A DNA stretch of 64,000 nt from Lachnospiraceae bacterium (GCA_021770345.1 JAETRD010000016.1:13663-77662), one strand, 5' to 3'; positions 20,305-30,250 are shown, numbered from the stretch's first letter. Numbers and translations: made by a program. Notes: generated by a model from the sequence alone, not told the origin.

Positions 20305-21789
20305 ATGGAGAATAAACCGAAAAAAGAATTTGATTTATACAGCGATATCAAAAACCGCACAAACGGTGAGGTATATCTCGGAATTGTCGGGCCGGTGCGG
20401 ACCGGGAAATCCACTTTTATCAAGCGATTTATGGATTTGATGGTACTTCCCTACATGGAAGATGTACATAGCAAAGAGCGAACCATCGACGAGCTTCCGC
20501 AGTCGGCGCAGGGCAGGACAATCATGACGACGGAGCCCAAATTTGTGCCGAAAGATGCGGCGGAGATTGTGCTTGAGGACGGATCGAAGGTAAAAATACG
20601 CCTGATCGACTGCGTGGGCTTTATGGTGGACGGAGCCACCGGTCATATGGAGGAAAACGGAAACCGTATGGTGAAGACGCCGTGGCTTGACTATGAGATT
20701 CCGTTTGTGGAGGCAGCGGCCATCGGTACGGAGAAGGTGATCAGAGACCACGCGACAATCGGCATTGTGGTGACGACAGACGGAACGATCGGGGAGCTCG
20801 GGCGGGAGAGCTATGTGGATGCCGAGGAGCGGACGATACAGGAGCTTACCGGTCTCGGAAAGCCCTATGTGATGGTCTTAAATTCCAGAAAACCGTACAG
20901 CGAGGAGACGATGCGCCTTGCGGAGAGTCTGCAGGAAAAATATCATGTCGCGGTCGTTCCGGTAAACTGCGAGCAGCTGCGGCGGGAAGATGTGATGAAA
21001 ATCTTAGAGCAGGTACTCTATGAGTTCCCGGTTGCCCGCGTGGAGTTTTATATTCCGAAATGGGCGGAGATGCTGCCGATCGAGCACCCGATGAAAGCGG
21101 AGGTAGTGCGGACTGCCGGGACGATACTCGGCGGGATGAAAAAGACGCGGGACGCCTATGCGATGGATGTTACGCCGGAGCAGTATATCTCTAAGATTAA
21201 GCTTGAAGAGCTTGATCTCTCCTCCGGCTGCGTGAAAATCAATATGGACATCGCCGAGAAATATTATTATGAAAATATGAGCGAGCTTGCCGGTGTGCCG
21301 ATTCAGGGAGAATATGAGCTGATTTCCCTGATCCGGGAGATGGCGGAGCGCAAGGAGGCGTACGACAAGGTGGCGGATGCCATCGAGGCGGTGCAGATCA
21401 AAGGTTACGGCGTGGTTGGTCCGGGACTTTCCGATATCCGCATGGAGGAGCCGGTACTGATCCGCCACGGGAATAAGTTCGGCGTGAAGATGAAAGCGGT
21501 TTCCCCGTCCATCCATATGATAAAGGCAAATATCGAGACGGAGATCGCCCCGATTGTGGGAAGCGAGGAGCAGGCCAACGATCTGATTTCCTATATCAAG
21601 GAAGGGCAAAAGAGCGAGGAGGGCGCGTGGGAGACCAATATTTTCGGCAAGTCTGTCGGGGAACTGATGGAGGACGGGATTCGAAATAAGATTGCGATGA
21701 TGGACGACGAATGTCAGATGAAGCTGCAGGATACGATGCAGAAGATTGTCAATGACAGCAACGGCGGTATGGTCTGTATTATTATTTAG
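20305..21789 (+). CDS. spoIVA: Stage IV sporulation protein A
   Basis: YLGIVGPVRTGKSTFIKRF, IMTTEPKF, DCVG, KFGVKMKA and C-terminal GGMVCIII. Confidence 0.96.
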   Translation: MENKPKKEFDLYSDIKNRTNGEVYLGIVGPVRTGKSTFIKRFMDLMVLPYMEDVHSKERTIDELPQSAQGRTIMTTEPKFVPKDAAEIVLEDGSKVKIRLIDCVGFMVDGATGHMEENGNRMVKTPWLDYEIPFVEAAAIGTEKVIRDHATIGIVVTTDGTIGELGRESYVDAEERTIQELTGLGKPYVMVLNSRKPYSEETMRLAESLQEKYHVAVVPVNCEQLRREDVMKILEQVLYEFPVARVEFYIPKWAEMLPIEHPMKAEVVRTAGTILGGMKKTRDAYAMDVTPEQYISKIKLEELDLSSGCVKINMDIAEKYYYENMSELAGVPIQGEYELISLIREMAERKEAYDKVADAIEAVQIKGYGVVGPGLSDIRMEEPVLIRHGNKFGVKMKAVSPSIHMIKANIETEIAPIVGSEEQANDLISYIKEGQKSEEGAWETNIFGKSVGELMEDGIRNKIAMMDDECQMKLQDTMQKIVNDSNGGMVCIII

Positions 21790-21821
21790 GGCCGATATTG
21801 AAAAATCGAAATGCAGGACAT

Positions 21822-21854
21822 AAAAAATCCCCGGCGGGAAGGCCGGGGATTTTT
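21822..21854. terminator. Bidirectional Rho-independent terminator
   Basis: AAAAAATCCCCGGC-GGGAA-GGCCGGGGATTTTT between convergent genes. Confidence 0.85.
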
Positions 21855-21870
21855 CGTATGGGATTGCGTT

Positions 21871-22734
21871 TTACAGCTCAAACCAGTCTTTGTAGCCGAG
21901 TGCGATCAGATTGTCGCGGCTGATCTTTAAGCTCTCGAACGGGTCTCTTCCGTAGGTATCGTCCTGCTCGATCAGGAAATACTCGCTTCCGCCGGCAAGT
22001 CCGGCTTCGATACACTCTTTGATGGGAAGATTTCCCTCGCCGACCTCGGCAAATTCAATCAGATTGTAGAACTGGCCCATAAATGCCTTGATGTCGAAAT
22101 CGCCCTCCGGGAGGCTGACCGGCGCGATGCGGTAATCCTTCAGATGAAGCAGACGGATACGTCCCGCATATTTATTGATAAAGGTGACCGGGTTTTCGCC
22201 GCCGCGGTGGATCCAGTGGATATCAAGCTCGAAGCCCATCTTCTTTGTGTTGTCCTTGATGATGTCAAGCAGGTACTGTCCGTCGTATTTGACAAACTCG
22301 ACATGGTGATTGTGGTAGTACAGATCGATTCCGTGCTCGCCGAGGCGCTCCGCCATCTCGTCGGCTCTCTTTACGAAATCAACGGCCTTTTCGCGGCTGC
22401 CCATGCAGGTCATCGGCAGCATGCCGATGCGGAGCATATCCGTGTTCAGTGCCTTGCAGTCCTCGACAATCTTGTCAAAGTCGGTTGTCAGGAATTCGCC
22501 CGGCATACCCGGCGCCATCGGCTCTAACGATGCGGAGTTTGCGGCGATTTTGATTCCGAACTCGTCGCAGGCTTTGCGCATGCCGGACACGTTTTCGGGA
22601 GTCATGGGAATCTGGCTTACCTCCATGCAGTGATAGCCGAGTTCCGCGCAGGCTTTCAGCGTCTCGTATGCGCCGAGTTCATCTACTTTTTTCTTGATGG
22701 TACTCATCTGAATACCGATTAATCCTTTTTCCAT
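21871..22734 (-). CDS. Sugar phosphate isomerase/epimerase (TIM barrel, xylose isomerase-like)
   Basis: YHNHHVEF, ELDIHWI, LHLKD and IEQD metal-ligand pattern. Confidence 0.85.
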   Translation of the reverse strand: MEKGLIGIQMSTIKKKVDELGAYETLKACAELGYHCMEVSQIPMTPENVSGMRKACDEFGIKIAANSASLEPMAPGMPGEFLTTDFDKIVEDCKALNTDMLRIGMLPMTCMGSREKAVDFVKRADEMAERLGEHGIDLYYHNHHVEFVKYDGQYLLDIIKDNTKKMGFELDIHWIHRGGENPVTFINKYAGRIRLLHLKDYRIAPVSLPEGDFDIKAFMGQFYNLIEFAEVGEGNLPIKECIEAGLAGGSEYFLIEQDDTYGRDPFESLKISRDNLIALGYKDWFEL

Positions 22735-22820
22735 GTAAAAACCTCCTTATTTGCCTTACGGCTGTCCGTATACGGCGGACAGCCGATATCAATCTTAAGC
22801 TGCGGCGTATGTGTCCGCCG

Positions 22821-23822
22821 TTACAGGACAACTTTTTGCCCGGTGCGTCCCGATTCCTGGATGGCATCGATTAAGCGGATGCTCATCACGGCGTCGCGCA
22901 CATGCAGGTAATCCTGACTGTCTTCCTCCAATGCCTGATAGAAGCGCCCGATCAGCTTGCTGTGGCTTGCACCGTAGTAGAACTTGCTGCCCGGAAGCCT
23001 CGCATCCGTACAGAGCGTCTCTTTTGTGCCGTCCGCGCCGATGCGGTAGAGCGTGTTGTCCATAATCAGAAACGCTCCTTTTTCGAGCTGTACGGACAGC
23101 TGGGTGCTCTCGTTTGTGTAGTTGGCGTTTGTGGCCATAAACATGCCGTGCGCGCCGTTTGTGTAGTTTATCACCGCGGAAACCGTGTCTTCGACCTCGA
23201 TGCCGTAGTCGAGCAGCTGTGCGGTGACGGCTTTTAAGCCGCTGATCTCGCCGCCCAGATGATACATCAGATCTAAGGTATGTACCGCCTGGTTAATCAT
23301 ACAGCCGCCTCCTGCGGTATCCCATCTGCCGCGCCAGGGAGCAACGTCGTAGTATTCCTTTGAGCGGTACCAGGGCACCGTTCCGCGGACGCCCGTGACG
23401 GCGCCGTACTCCCCGCCGTCAATCAGCTCTTTGAGCATCTCGACCGATTCGTTGAAGCGGTTCTGTAAGCAGACGCCGATATGAATGTCGGGGTGGGCCG
23501 CCTCAAATTCCGCAAATTTTTCTGCTTCGCCGGTATTCATCGCGACCGGTTTTTCACAGAATACATGTACACCGAGTTCCGCGGCCTCCATGGAGACCGG
23601 AGCGTGCAGGTAATGCGGCAGGCAGATGTGAACCACATCCGGTTTTGTCTCGGCAATCATGGCCCGATAGTCGGTATAAAAAGGAACATGTTCCGGAGCG
23701 GCGCATGTGCTTCTCTTGTCTGTGTCGCACACGCCGACCAGCGTGATTTCGGGATTGCCTTCGATGGCTGCGATATGTATGGGAGAAATCACGCCCATTC
23801 CGATAATAGCTGCTTTTTTCAT
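22821..23822 (-). CDS. Gfo/Idh/MocA oxidoreductase
   Basis: IIGMGVI, CLPHYLH, FCEKP, GGGCMINQAVHTLD; RBS AAAGGA. Confidence 0.9.
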   Translation of the reverse strand: MKKAAIIGMGVISPIHIAAIEGNPEITLVGVCDTDKRSTCAAPEHVPFYTDYRAMIAETKPDVVHICLPHYLHAPVSMEAAELGVHVFCEKPVAMNTGEAEKFAEFEAAHPDIHIGVCLQNRFNESVEMLKELIDGGEYGAVTGVRGTVPWYRSKEYYDVAPWRGRWDTAGGGCMINQAVHTLDLMYHLGGEISGLKAVTAQLLDYGIEVEDTVSAVINYTNGAHGMFMATNANYTNESTQLSVQLEKGAFLIMDNTLYRIGADGTKETLCTDARLPGSKFYYGASHSKLIGRFYQALEEDSQDYLHVRDAVMSIRLIDAIQESGRTGQKVVL

Positions 23823-23850
23823 ATGGATTCCTTTCAAACGGGGATGTTTC

Positions 23851-25050
23851 CTATCTGGTAGGGAATTTCCCCTCTGCCGCGATTTTTTTGTTCAGCTCTT
23901 CAAGGTAGAGATCCTCGTCAACCGGAAGCTCGACTTCCTTACCGAGCCAGGAGGAGAGCAGGATGGCATTTGCGAGGTTTACGCCGTTGATGCCGTCGGA
24001 ACCCGGAGCGAGAAGCGGCGTGCCGTCAAGCACATGCTGCGCAAAATTCTCCATTACCGTAGTGTGCTGCTTGCCCCATCCGTCGGTATTCTCAAAGGTC
24101 TCCACCGTGTAGAGTCCGCCGCCTGCGGAATTGCCGGAGACAAGTCTGGAAACTTCCATCATGTTCATGGTCGCGTTCATCTCGCTCTCGGACTTGTTCA
24201 GCCGGTATACGGTTGCGGTCTTGCTGTCGTCGACAATAATTTTGCCGCCGTCCAGATCGATCTCAAGACGGTCGGTTCCGATCGGGTCATGCGTGCAGGT
24301 GATAAAGGTTCCCGTCGCGCCGTTCGGGTATTCGGTCACTGCGGTGACGTCGTTTTCCACGACGATATCGCGATGGCAGCCGTAGAGGCACTTTGCGTAT
24401 ACCTTGTTCGGGATTCCGCAGATCCACTGCCACAGATCAAGCTGGTGAGGCGCCTGGTTGACGAGAACGCCGCCGCCTTCGCCGCCCCAGGTAGCGCGCC
24501 AGTCGCTCTGCTGGTAGTAGCTGTCCGGGCGCCACCAGGAATTGATGATCCAGTTGGTGCGCCGGAGTTCGCCGAGTTCGCCGGATTCCACGAGCGCCTT
24601 TACCTTCTGATATAAAACGTTCGTCCGCTGGTTGAACATAATGCCGAATGCAACGTCGGGGTGTGCGGCTGCGCACTCGTTCATCTCACGGACCGCTTTG
24701 GAATATACGCCTGCAGGCTTCTCAACGAGAACCGGCATGCCGTGCTCGAGACAGTAGATGGCGATCTCGGTGTGCAGATAGTGCGGTACGGTGGTGATAA
24801 CGGCGTCCACTTTGCCGGAGGCAACCATCTCTTTCCAGTCGGTGAAGAAGGGGTAGTCCGGGTAATTTTCCTCGCACAGTTTCTGCTTTGCGGGGTCGAT
24901 GTCGCAGAGTGCACCCAGCGCGCAGTGGGGCGGGCACTCCGGTGCGGGCATACCCGGGAAACCGGCCTTTCCGGTTAAAAATCCGGCGTAAGCGCCGCCC
25001 TGTGCGCCGATTCCGATCAGTCCGAAACGAATTTTGTTGTCCATAGTCAT
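23851..25050 (-). CDS. Gfo/Idh/MocA oxidoreductase
   Basis: IGIGAQG, VPHYLH, LVEKP, GGGVLVNQAPHQLD; RBS AAGGAG. Confidence 0.9.
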   Translation of the reverse strand: MTMDNKIRFGLIGIGAQGGAYAGFLTGKAGFPGMPAPECPPHCALGALCDIDPAKQKLCEENYPDYPFFTDWKEMVASGKVDAVITTVPHYLHTEIAIYCLEHGMPVLVEKPAGVYSKAVREMNECAAAHPDVAFGIMFNQRTNVLYQKVKALVESGELGELRRTNWIINSWWRPDSYYQQSDWRATWGGEGGGVLVNQAPHQLDLWQWICGIPNKVYAKCLYGCHRDIVVENDVTAVTEYPNGATGTFITCTHDPIGTDRLEIDLDGGKIIVDDSKTATVYRLNKSESEMNATMNMMEVSRLVSGNSAGGGLYTVETFENTDGWGKQHTTVMENFAQHVLDGTPLLAPGSDGINGVNLANAILLSSWLGKEVELPVDEDLYLEELNKKIAAEGKFPTR

Positions 25051-25072
25051 AGTCTCCTTTTTATATGTGTAA

Positions 25073-25948
25073 TTAAATGGTTGCAAGGATCTCGCATAAA
25101 GCGTGGTACTGCATCGCGTAGCCGTCGGCGCCGTCCTTTGCCTTGTTCGTCTTGATGATATTCTCGGCAGCGGTCGTCTCTAAGGAGGCCAGCGAGTCAA
25201 AGAGGACAAGATGTGGTTCTAACGTGAGAAATCCCTCATAACCCTCCTCGCGGATCGCGCGGGTCAGAAGCTCTTTGATTTTGCCTTCTCCGGTTCCGCA
25301 GACTACGTTTTCCTTGTCTGTCGACACCGCATCCTTGATGTGGATGTACGCGACGTATTCGTGTAAAAGTTCCCAGCATTTTTCCGTGTCCTCACCGCAC
25401 TGCACGAAATTCGCAAAGTCGAAAGCACAGCGCAGGCAGGGGTCGTTTAAGCTCTCCATCAGATCCAGACAGCGACTTCCGATGTCTCCGTAAATCTCTT
25501 TTTCATTCTCATGGATGAGAATGACGTCGTACTTTTTGGCGATCTCGATAAACTTCTGGAGCTTTGCGAGCACGGTTTCCCGATAATCCTGCGGGTCTTT
25601 ACCCTCCGGCATAAAGAAACTGAAGATGCGGATGTAGCGGCAGTCGAGCAGTTTGCAGATCTGGCAGAGTGTGTCGAGCTGTGCGAGCTGTTTTGCAAAG
25701 CCGTCCTCGTCCTCAATGCCCACTTTCCCGATGGGAGAACCGATGGAGGAAACCTTCACGCCCGCAGCAGTAAGCCGCGGCAGAAGCTTTTCGCGGACTT
25801 CCTCCGGGGAATAATCCGCGATTCCCGTTCCGTCTGCGGAGCGGAGAGAGATGTAGTTCATCCCCAGTTCGGTGACCGTCTTTAACTGTGCGTCAAAGTC
25901 GGAACTGATCTCGTCCGCAAAGCCGGAAATCAGAATTTTGTCTTTCAT
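25073..25948 (-). CDS. Sugar phosphate isomerase/epimerase (TIM barrel)
   Basis: SGFADEI, HENEKEIYG, FDFANF, IHIKDA, LEPHL. Confidence 0.85.
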   Translation of the reverse strand: MKDKILISGFADEISSDFDAQLKTVTELGMNYISLRSADGTGIADYSPEEVREKLLPRLTAAGVKVSSIGSPIGKVGIEDEDGFAKQLAQLDTLCQICKLLDCRYIRIFSFFMPEGKDPQDYRETVLAKLQKFIEIAKKYDVILIHENEKEIYGDIGSRCLDLMESLNDPCLRCAFDFANFVQCGEDTEKCWELLHEYVAYIHIKDAVSTDKENVVCGTGEGKIKELLTRAIREEGYEGFLTLEPHLVLFDSLASLETTAAENIIKTNKAKDGADGYAMQYHALCEILATI

Positions 25949-26059
25949 AGTTTCGTTGTCCTTTCCAAATACATGTTTGAATTGCTGATTCCAGCGTAAC
26001 ATATAGGAAAGTGTTTTGGAAGGAAAATATTTGGATTTTTGCGTAAAAATATTATTATT

Positions 26060-27283
26060 TTACCTCTTTTGGCGATTCGAATCGTTTATCATACGGACGT
26101 AGTCGGACGGTGACATACCGATATTTTTTTTGAAAAGTTTTCGAAAATAGGAGACATCGTCGATGCCGCACTGCGCGGCGACCTCCTGGATTCCGGTATG
26201 TCCCATGTTAAAAAGGCGGACGGCAAGACGTATCCGCTGCTGGTTGATGTAGGAGGATACCGTGACGCCCATCTCCTTTTTAAAGAGAGTAGAGAGGTAG
26301 CTTGGATTGACAAAATACTGGCCGGCCAGCTGTGTCAGAGACAGTTTTTCGGACAGATGGACACTGATATGATTGACAACCTTCCGAATGACGGAGGAGT
26401 GTTCCCGGAGGGAATAATTTCGAACCATAAGGCAGTACTGCCGCAGCATTTCTGTTCGCAGACAGCGTGATTCCTCTGCCGTCAGCACTTTCTCGGCTTC
26501 TTTTGCAAATTTTTCGGAGATACGGTCAATGTGAACGGGATGCACGCCGCCGGCTTCCACCGCTTTCCGAAGAAGGGTGTTAAAGACAATCAGGCCGTTG
26601 CGGATCTCGCGCAGTGAGTCGGAGTAGCGTCTTGCGAGACGATACTGTTGTGTGTGTCCGAGGATTTTGATGGCCGTTTCCGTATCGCCTCTCGCGACGG
26701 CGGACAACAGCTTTTCTTCAAGCGCATAGCGTTCCTCAATAATTTTGGCGGACAGGAAATCAGAAGAATCCTGCCGAAACTCAAAGTTGTAATCGTCGTG
26801 CAGGACATGGGAGAGCCGTACGGTCTGTTCCGGATAAAAAAGCTGGAACAGTTCCCGGCAGAGTTCGACCCACTGCTCCTCATGCAGCATGACGGGAACC
26901 GCGTTATAAAATTGGCGAAGCTCCCGCTCATATTCCGCGGGGACATGGTTGGCGTGCATAATGTCTGTGAGCATATGCTCTTCCATGGCATAACTCATAT
27001 ACGGTCCGACTACCAGAATACTCTTTTGGATAGTTTCCTGTTTCGGGAGCAGGCCGATGCAGTACGAGATGTCATAACTATCTTTGCAGCAGTAAAAAAC
27101 CGCTTCCTCTAACGTATTGAAAAAAGTCGTCTGTGCATGCTTTAATTCATCGGAATCGGTGTTGTAGAGCATATGGTACGGATAAAAATGCTCCGCGGAG
27201 TATTCGTCTTCCGTCATTACTTTTGTGTTAATTTTGCTGCTGCCTGTGAGTTTCTGCAGCACCGTCATCAGTTCTACTTTCAT
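26060..27283 (-). CDS. AraC-family transcriptional regulator with N-terminal sensory domain
   Basis: C-terminal double HTH (VNPSYLSTLFKKEMG...DVSYFRKLFKKNIGMSPSDY). Start uncertain (27283, 27268 or 27217). Confidence 0.88.
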   Translation of the reverse strand: MKVELMTVLQKLTGSSKINTKVMTEDEYSAEHFYPYHMLYNTDSDELKHAQTTFFNTLEEAVFYCCKDSYDISYCIGLLPKQETIQKSILVVGPYMSYAMEEHMLTDIMHANHVPAEYERELRQFYNAVPVMLHEEQWVELCRELFQLFYPEQTVRLSHVLHDDYNFEFRQDSSDFLSAKIIEERYALEEKLLSAVARGDTETAIKILGHTQQYRLARRYSDSLREIRNGLIVFNTLLRKAVEAGGVHPVHIDRISEKFAKEAEKVLTAEESRCLRTEMLRQYCLMVRNYSLREHSSVIRKVVNHISVHLSEKLSLTQLAGQYFVNPSYLSTLFKKEMGVTVSSYINQQRIRLAVRLFNMGHTGIQEVAAQCGIDDVSYFRKLFKKNIGMSPSDYVRMINDSNRQKR

Positions 27284-27803
27284 GGAGTTCGCTTTCTTTT
27301 TCCTTTAAGACGTCGTCATAGGCGGCCACGAGATATTCTCTCATCGGGTCATCCTTTGAGAGGTGCGCGACCGCGTCGGCGTAGATTTCTGCGGCCTCCT
27401 CCCTGGAGTCTGCATGGGCCATGCGGCTTTCTAAACTTTCCCGCATCGCCTGTACTCTGGCGGCCTGCTGGTAGAGGACGGGATTTTCGGACTGAAGGAA
27501 ACGCATTTCCTCCGGCGTCAGCTTTTTCCCGCTTTTGAGCTTTGCCATGATTTTGGCGAGATAGTCCTTTTTCTCTTCCTCGCTCATGCCGCAGGCGGGA
27601 CTGAGAAGTTCGGAAATCTGTCTGGAAATCTGAAAAGAGTCCAGCTTTGGGGCGGTGCAGGCCGTTTTGCCGGGTATCGCGGAAGCTTTGAGTTCGGAGC
27701 GGGAATGAGACGCCGCAAGGCTGTCGCGGATGCGCACGGCGGCGCTCTTGTTCTGGTTCCTGTGGAGAATTTGGCCGATGCCGCTCATATCAAAGGTTGC
27801 CAT
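27228..27803 (-). CDS. Hypothetical helical protein (KLKSGKKLTPEEMRFL...NP.LY motif)
   Basis: RBS AGGGAGG before ATG 27803; charged coiled-coil-like composition; no recognised domain. Confidence 0.7.
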   Translation of the reverse strand: MATFDMSGIGQILHRNQNKSAAVRIRDSLAASHSRSELKASAIPGKTACTAPKLDSFQISRQISELLSPACGMSEEEKKDYLAKIMAKLKSGKKLTPEEMRFLQSENPVLYQQAARVQAMRESLESRMAHADSREEAAEIYADAVAHLSKDDPMREYLVAAYDDVLKEKESELHESRTDDGAAETHRQQQN

Positions 27804-27821
27804 AAATATCCCTCCCTGTAT

Positions 27822-27894
27822 CGTACGCTTTGTCCATTGAGGGTAACTTCCGTCCCTCACTTTCGGATGGTGTGTCGCTGCTTTCTATATCGGC
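27822..27894 (-). promoter_or_regulatory. Putative sigmaD/sigma28 -10 box plus CsrA-type GGA-loop hairpin in the 5' UTR
   Basis: Minus strand GCCGATAT (27894-27887); downstream TGAGGG-ACGGAAGTTA-CCCTCA hairpin and ATGGA; -35 is poor (TTAT/CTTA). Confidence 0.45.
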
Positions 27895-27989
27895 AGAACG
27901 GGGAAGAAAATAAGAGGGCCAAAGCAGGAGAACCGACAGCCATTGAAAAATGCAGAGATTTTGTTATAATAAAGTCAGGAGGAATCTGT

Positions 27990-28758
27990 ATGAGGGATGA
28001 GACAAAGATCGACTTATACGCGGCAGGCGCAATGAATCGGAAATATGATGAAGCCTGTAAGCGTGTGTTCAAAAACAGAGAGATGATCGCGCCGATTCTT
28101 AAGATGGTGGTGCCGGAGTACAAAGACTGTACCGTTGAGGAGGTCATTCGGTGTATTGATGAGGAAACGATAAAAGATATTCCAATTGAGGATGTCCCGG
28201 TACAGGTTGAGGGCTTACCGACGGAACTGTCGTCGGTAACGGATAAACTGATTATCTATGACGTTCATTTATTCTGAATTGGAGAAGGTATACTCCATCT
28301 GGATCTGCAATGAGAACATTCCGCCGGAGCTTCGGGATACGGCAACCCAGTATGTGATACAGAAGAAAGATTTGATCGGAGAGACGCAGGAACCGGAAGA
28401 GGAATTTGATCTGATCAATGTAATTATGATACGGCGTGGGGGAGAAGGCCGGGAGAAGATTTTTGATTTCCTGAACGCAGTATTTCATGCAGAAGTGAAG
28501 AAACTGGAGAGCTACACGGTATTTGAAAATAAAAAAGTGGAGGAGGAGGTGCTGACAATGACAGGTCTCGGGGCAAGTATTATGGAGAGAGGGATAAAGA
28601 AGGGACTGGAGCAGGGGATTTCACAGGGACTGGAGCAGGCGACAGTACGTTTCATAGAAAATATGCTTGCAGAGAATGAATCCCTTGATAAAATCTGCAT
28701 GTACACGGGATGTTCAATGGAACAGGTACTTCAGATTATTAAACATAACGGATGTTAG
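27990..28758 (+). pseudogene. Rpn / PD-(D/E)XK nuclease-family putative transposase, internally deleted and frameshifted
   Basis: N-fragment KYDEACKRVF...IIYDVH (27990-28277) joins the out-of-frame C-fragment YSELEKVYSIWIC...MTGLGASIMERGIKKGLEQG; the central nuclease segment is absent; RBS AGGAGG. Confidence 0.7.
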
Positions 28759-28762
28759 ACGA

Positions 28763-28796
28763 CGCTCCGGGCTTCAATGTCCGGGGCGTTTTCTGA
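28763..28796 (+). terminator. Rho-independent terminator
   Basis: ACGCTCCGGGC...GTCCGGGGCGTTTT. Confidence 0.6.
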
Positions 28797-28938
28797 TGAT
28801 ATGGAATCGAAGGTCAACTTGTAATACTTTGCAAAAACTCAGCTTGTTTTCACCTTGTGCTATATGGAAAATTAGGGTAAAATAAAAAAGAATATACACG
28901 CAATATGTGAGATGCCAACGGTGAATGGAGGTATTAGA

Positions 28939-29352
28939 ATGCCGGGAGAAAACAAGAATCAGACAGAGCAGGAGAGCGGAGGTGTCGTTTTTCGGGAGCG
29001 CAGGCGTTTACTGTTCTTCGGACTGCCATGGACGTTTACGAAGTATACGATTACAGACGATATGATCACGGTGGATGAAGGACTTTTTACCGTGGAGGAA
29101 AACGACTGCTACATGTACAAAATTCAGGATGTAAAGCTGACTGCCACGCTGCCGGAGCGCATGTTCGGACTTGGCACGATCACCTGCTACACCGGTGACG
29201 TGACGAATAAAGAACTGCGGTTTATCCATATCAGGAAGGCGAAAGAGATCAAAGACTACCTGCTGCGCGCATCCGAGGAGGCGCGTCTTAAGAGGCGCAC
29301 AGTAAATATGCAGGACATCGGAGCGGACATGGATGATATGTCGGATGAGTGA
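28939..29352 (+). CDS. Bacterial PH-domain protein (bPH_2-like)
   Basis: FTKYTIT..MITVDEG, YKIQDV.L..TL.ERMFGLGTI; RBS GGAGG. Confidence 0.75.
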   Translation: MPGENKNQTEQESGGVVFRERRRLLFFGLPWTFTKYTITDDMITVDEGLFTVEENDCYMYKIQDVKLTATLPERMFGLGTITCYTGDVTNKELRFIHIRKAKEIKDYLLRASEEARLKRRTVNMQDIGADMDDMSDE

Positions 29353-29405
29353 TCTGTTAATCTTTAATTACAGTAAAAATATACGAAAAAGCGAAGGAGA
29401 AGCCT

Positions 29406-30236
29406 ATGAATCCAATTTATGAAAAACTGGAAAAATGTTTTGAGAGCTATAAGGCGAAGATTGACTTTGTGCCGAAGGTGGCGTTAGTACTTGGCTCCGG
29501 GCTTGGGGATTACGCCGAGAGCATCCGTGTGGAGGCGACGCTCGACTATCATGACATCGAGGGATTTCCAGTATCGACGGTGCCAGGCCATGCCGGAAAG
29601 TTTATTTTCGGCTATGTCGGGGACGTTCCGGTCGTCTGCATGCAGGGGAGAGTCCATTACTATGAAGGCTATGCGATGTCCGACGTGGTGCTGCCCGCGA
29701 GACTGATGAAGATGATGGGAGCGGAGATCCTCTTTCTGACGAACGCCGCGGGGGGCGTCAAGCAGGGGATGCACGCAGGGGATCTGATGATGCTGACGGG
29801 ACAGATCGGGTGTCTTGTGCCGTCTCCGCTGATCGGCCCGAATGTGGACGAGCTTGGTGTGCGGTTCCCGGATATGAGCCAGATTTACGATTTGGATTTG
29901 CAGCGCATTGTGCGCAGAGCGGCGCTTGATCTGGGAATTGATATCAAAGAGGGAACTTATATGCAGTTTACCGGCCCGCAGTACGAGACGCCGCAGGAGA
30001 TTTCGATGGCTCGCACGCTCGGGGCGGACGCGGTCGGCATGAGCACGGCCTGCGAGGCGATCGCCGCGAGACATATGGGCATGCGCGTGCTCGGGATTTC
30101 CTGCATCACGAATCTCGCGAGCGGAATTTCCCCGAACCCACTTTCTCATAAGGAAGTACAGGAGATCGCGGATGCGGTGGCGCCGAAATTTAAGGCTCTG
30201 GTGACGGAAATTATCAAAGCGGCCGGGGCAGAATAA
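29406..30236 (+). CDS. punA: Purine-nucleoside phosphorylase
   Basis: VLGSGLG, GRVHYYEG, TNAAGG, GPQYET, DAVGMST, HKEV. Confidence 0.93.
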   Translation: MNPIYEKLEKCFESYKAKIDFVPKVALVLGSGLGDYAESIRVEATLDYHDIEGFPVSTVPGHAGKFIFGYVGDVPVVCMQGRVHYYEGYAMSDVVLPARLMKMMGAEILFLTNAAGGVKQGMHAGDLMMLTGQIGCLVPSPLIGPNVDELGVRFPDMSQIYDLDLQRIVRRAALDLGIDIKEGTYMQFTGPQYETPQEISMARTLGADAVGMSTACEAIAARHMGMRVLGISCITNLASGISPNPLSHKEVQEIADAVAPKFKALVTEIIKAAGAE

Positions 30237-30250
30237 CAGAAAAGAGGGAA

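Noticed and set aside
21791-22789. GCCGATAT at 21791 and 22782 as sigmaD promoters
   Set aside because: They point into convergent or antisense sequence with no downstream gene; one is part of a hairpin. About two chance hits of an 8-mer are expected on both strands of 64 kb.
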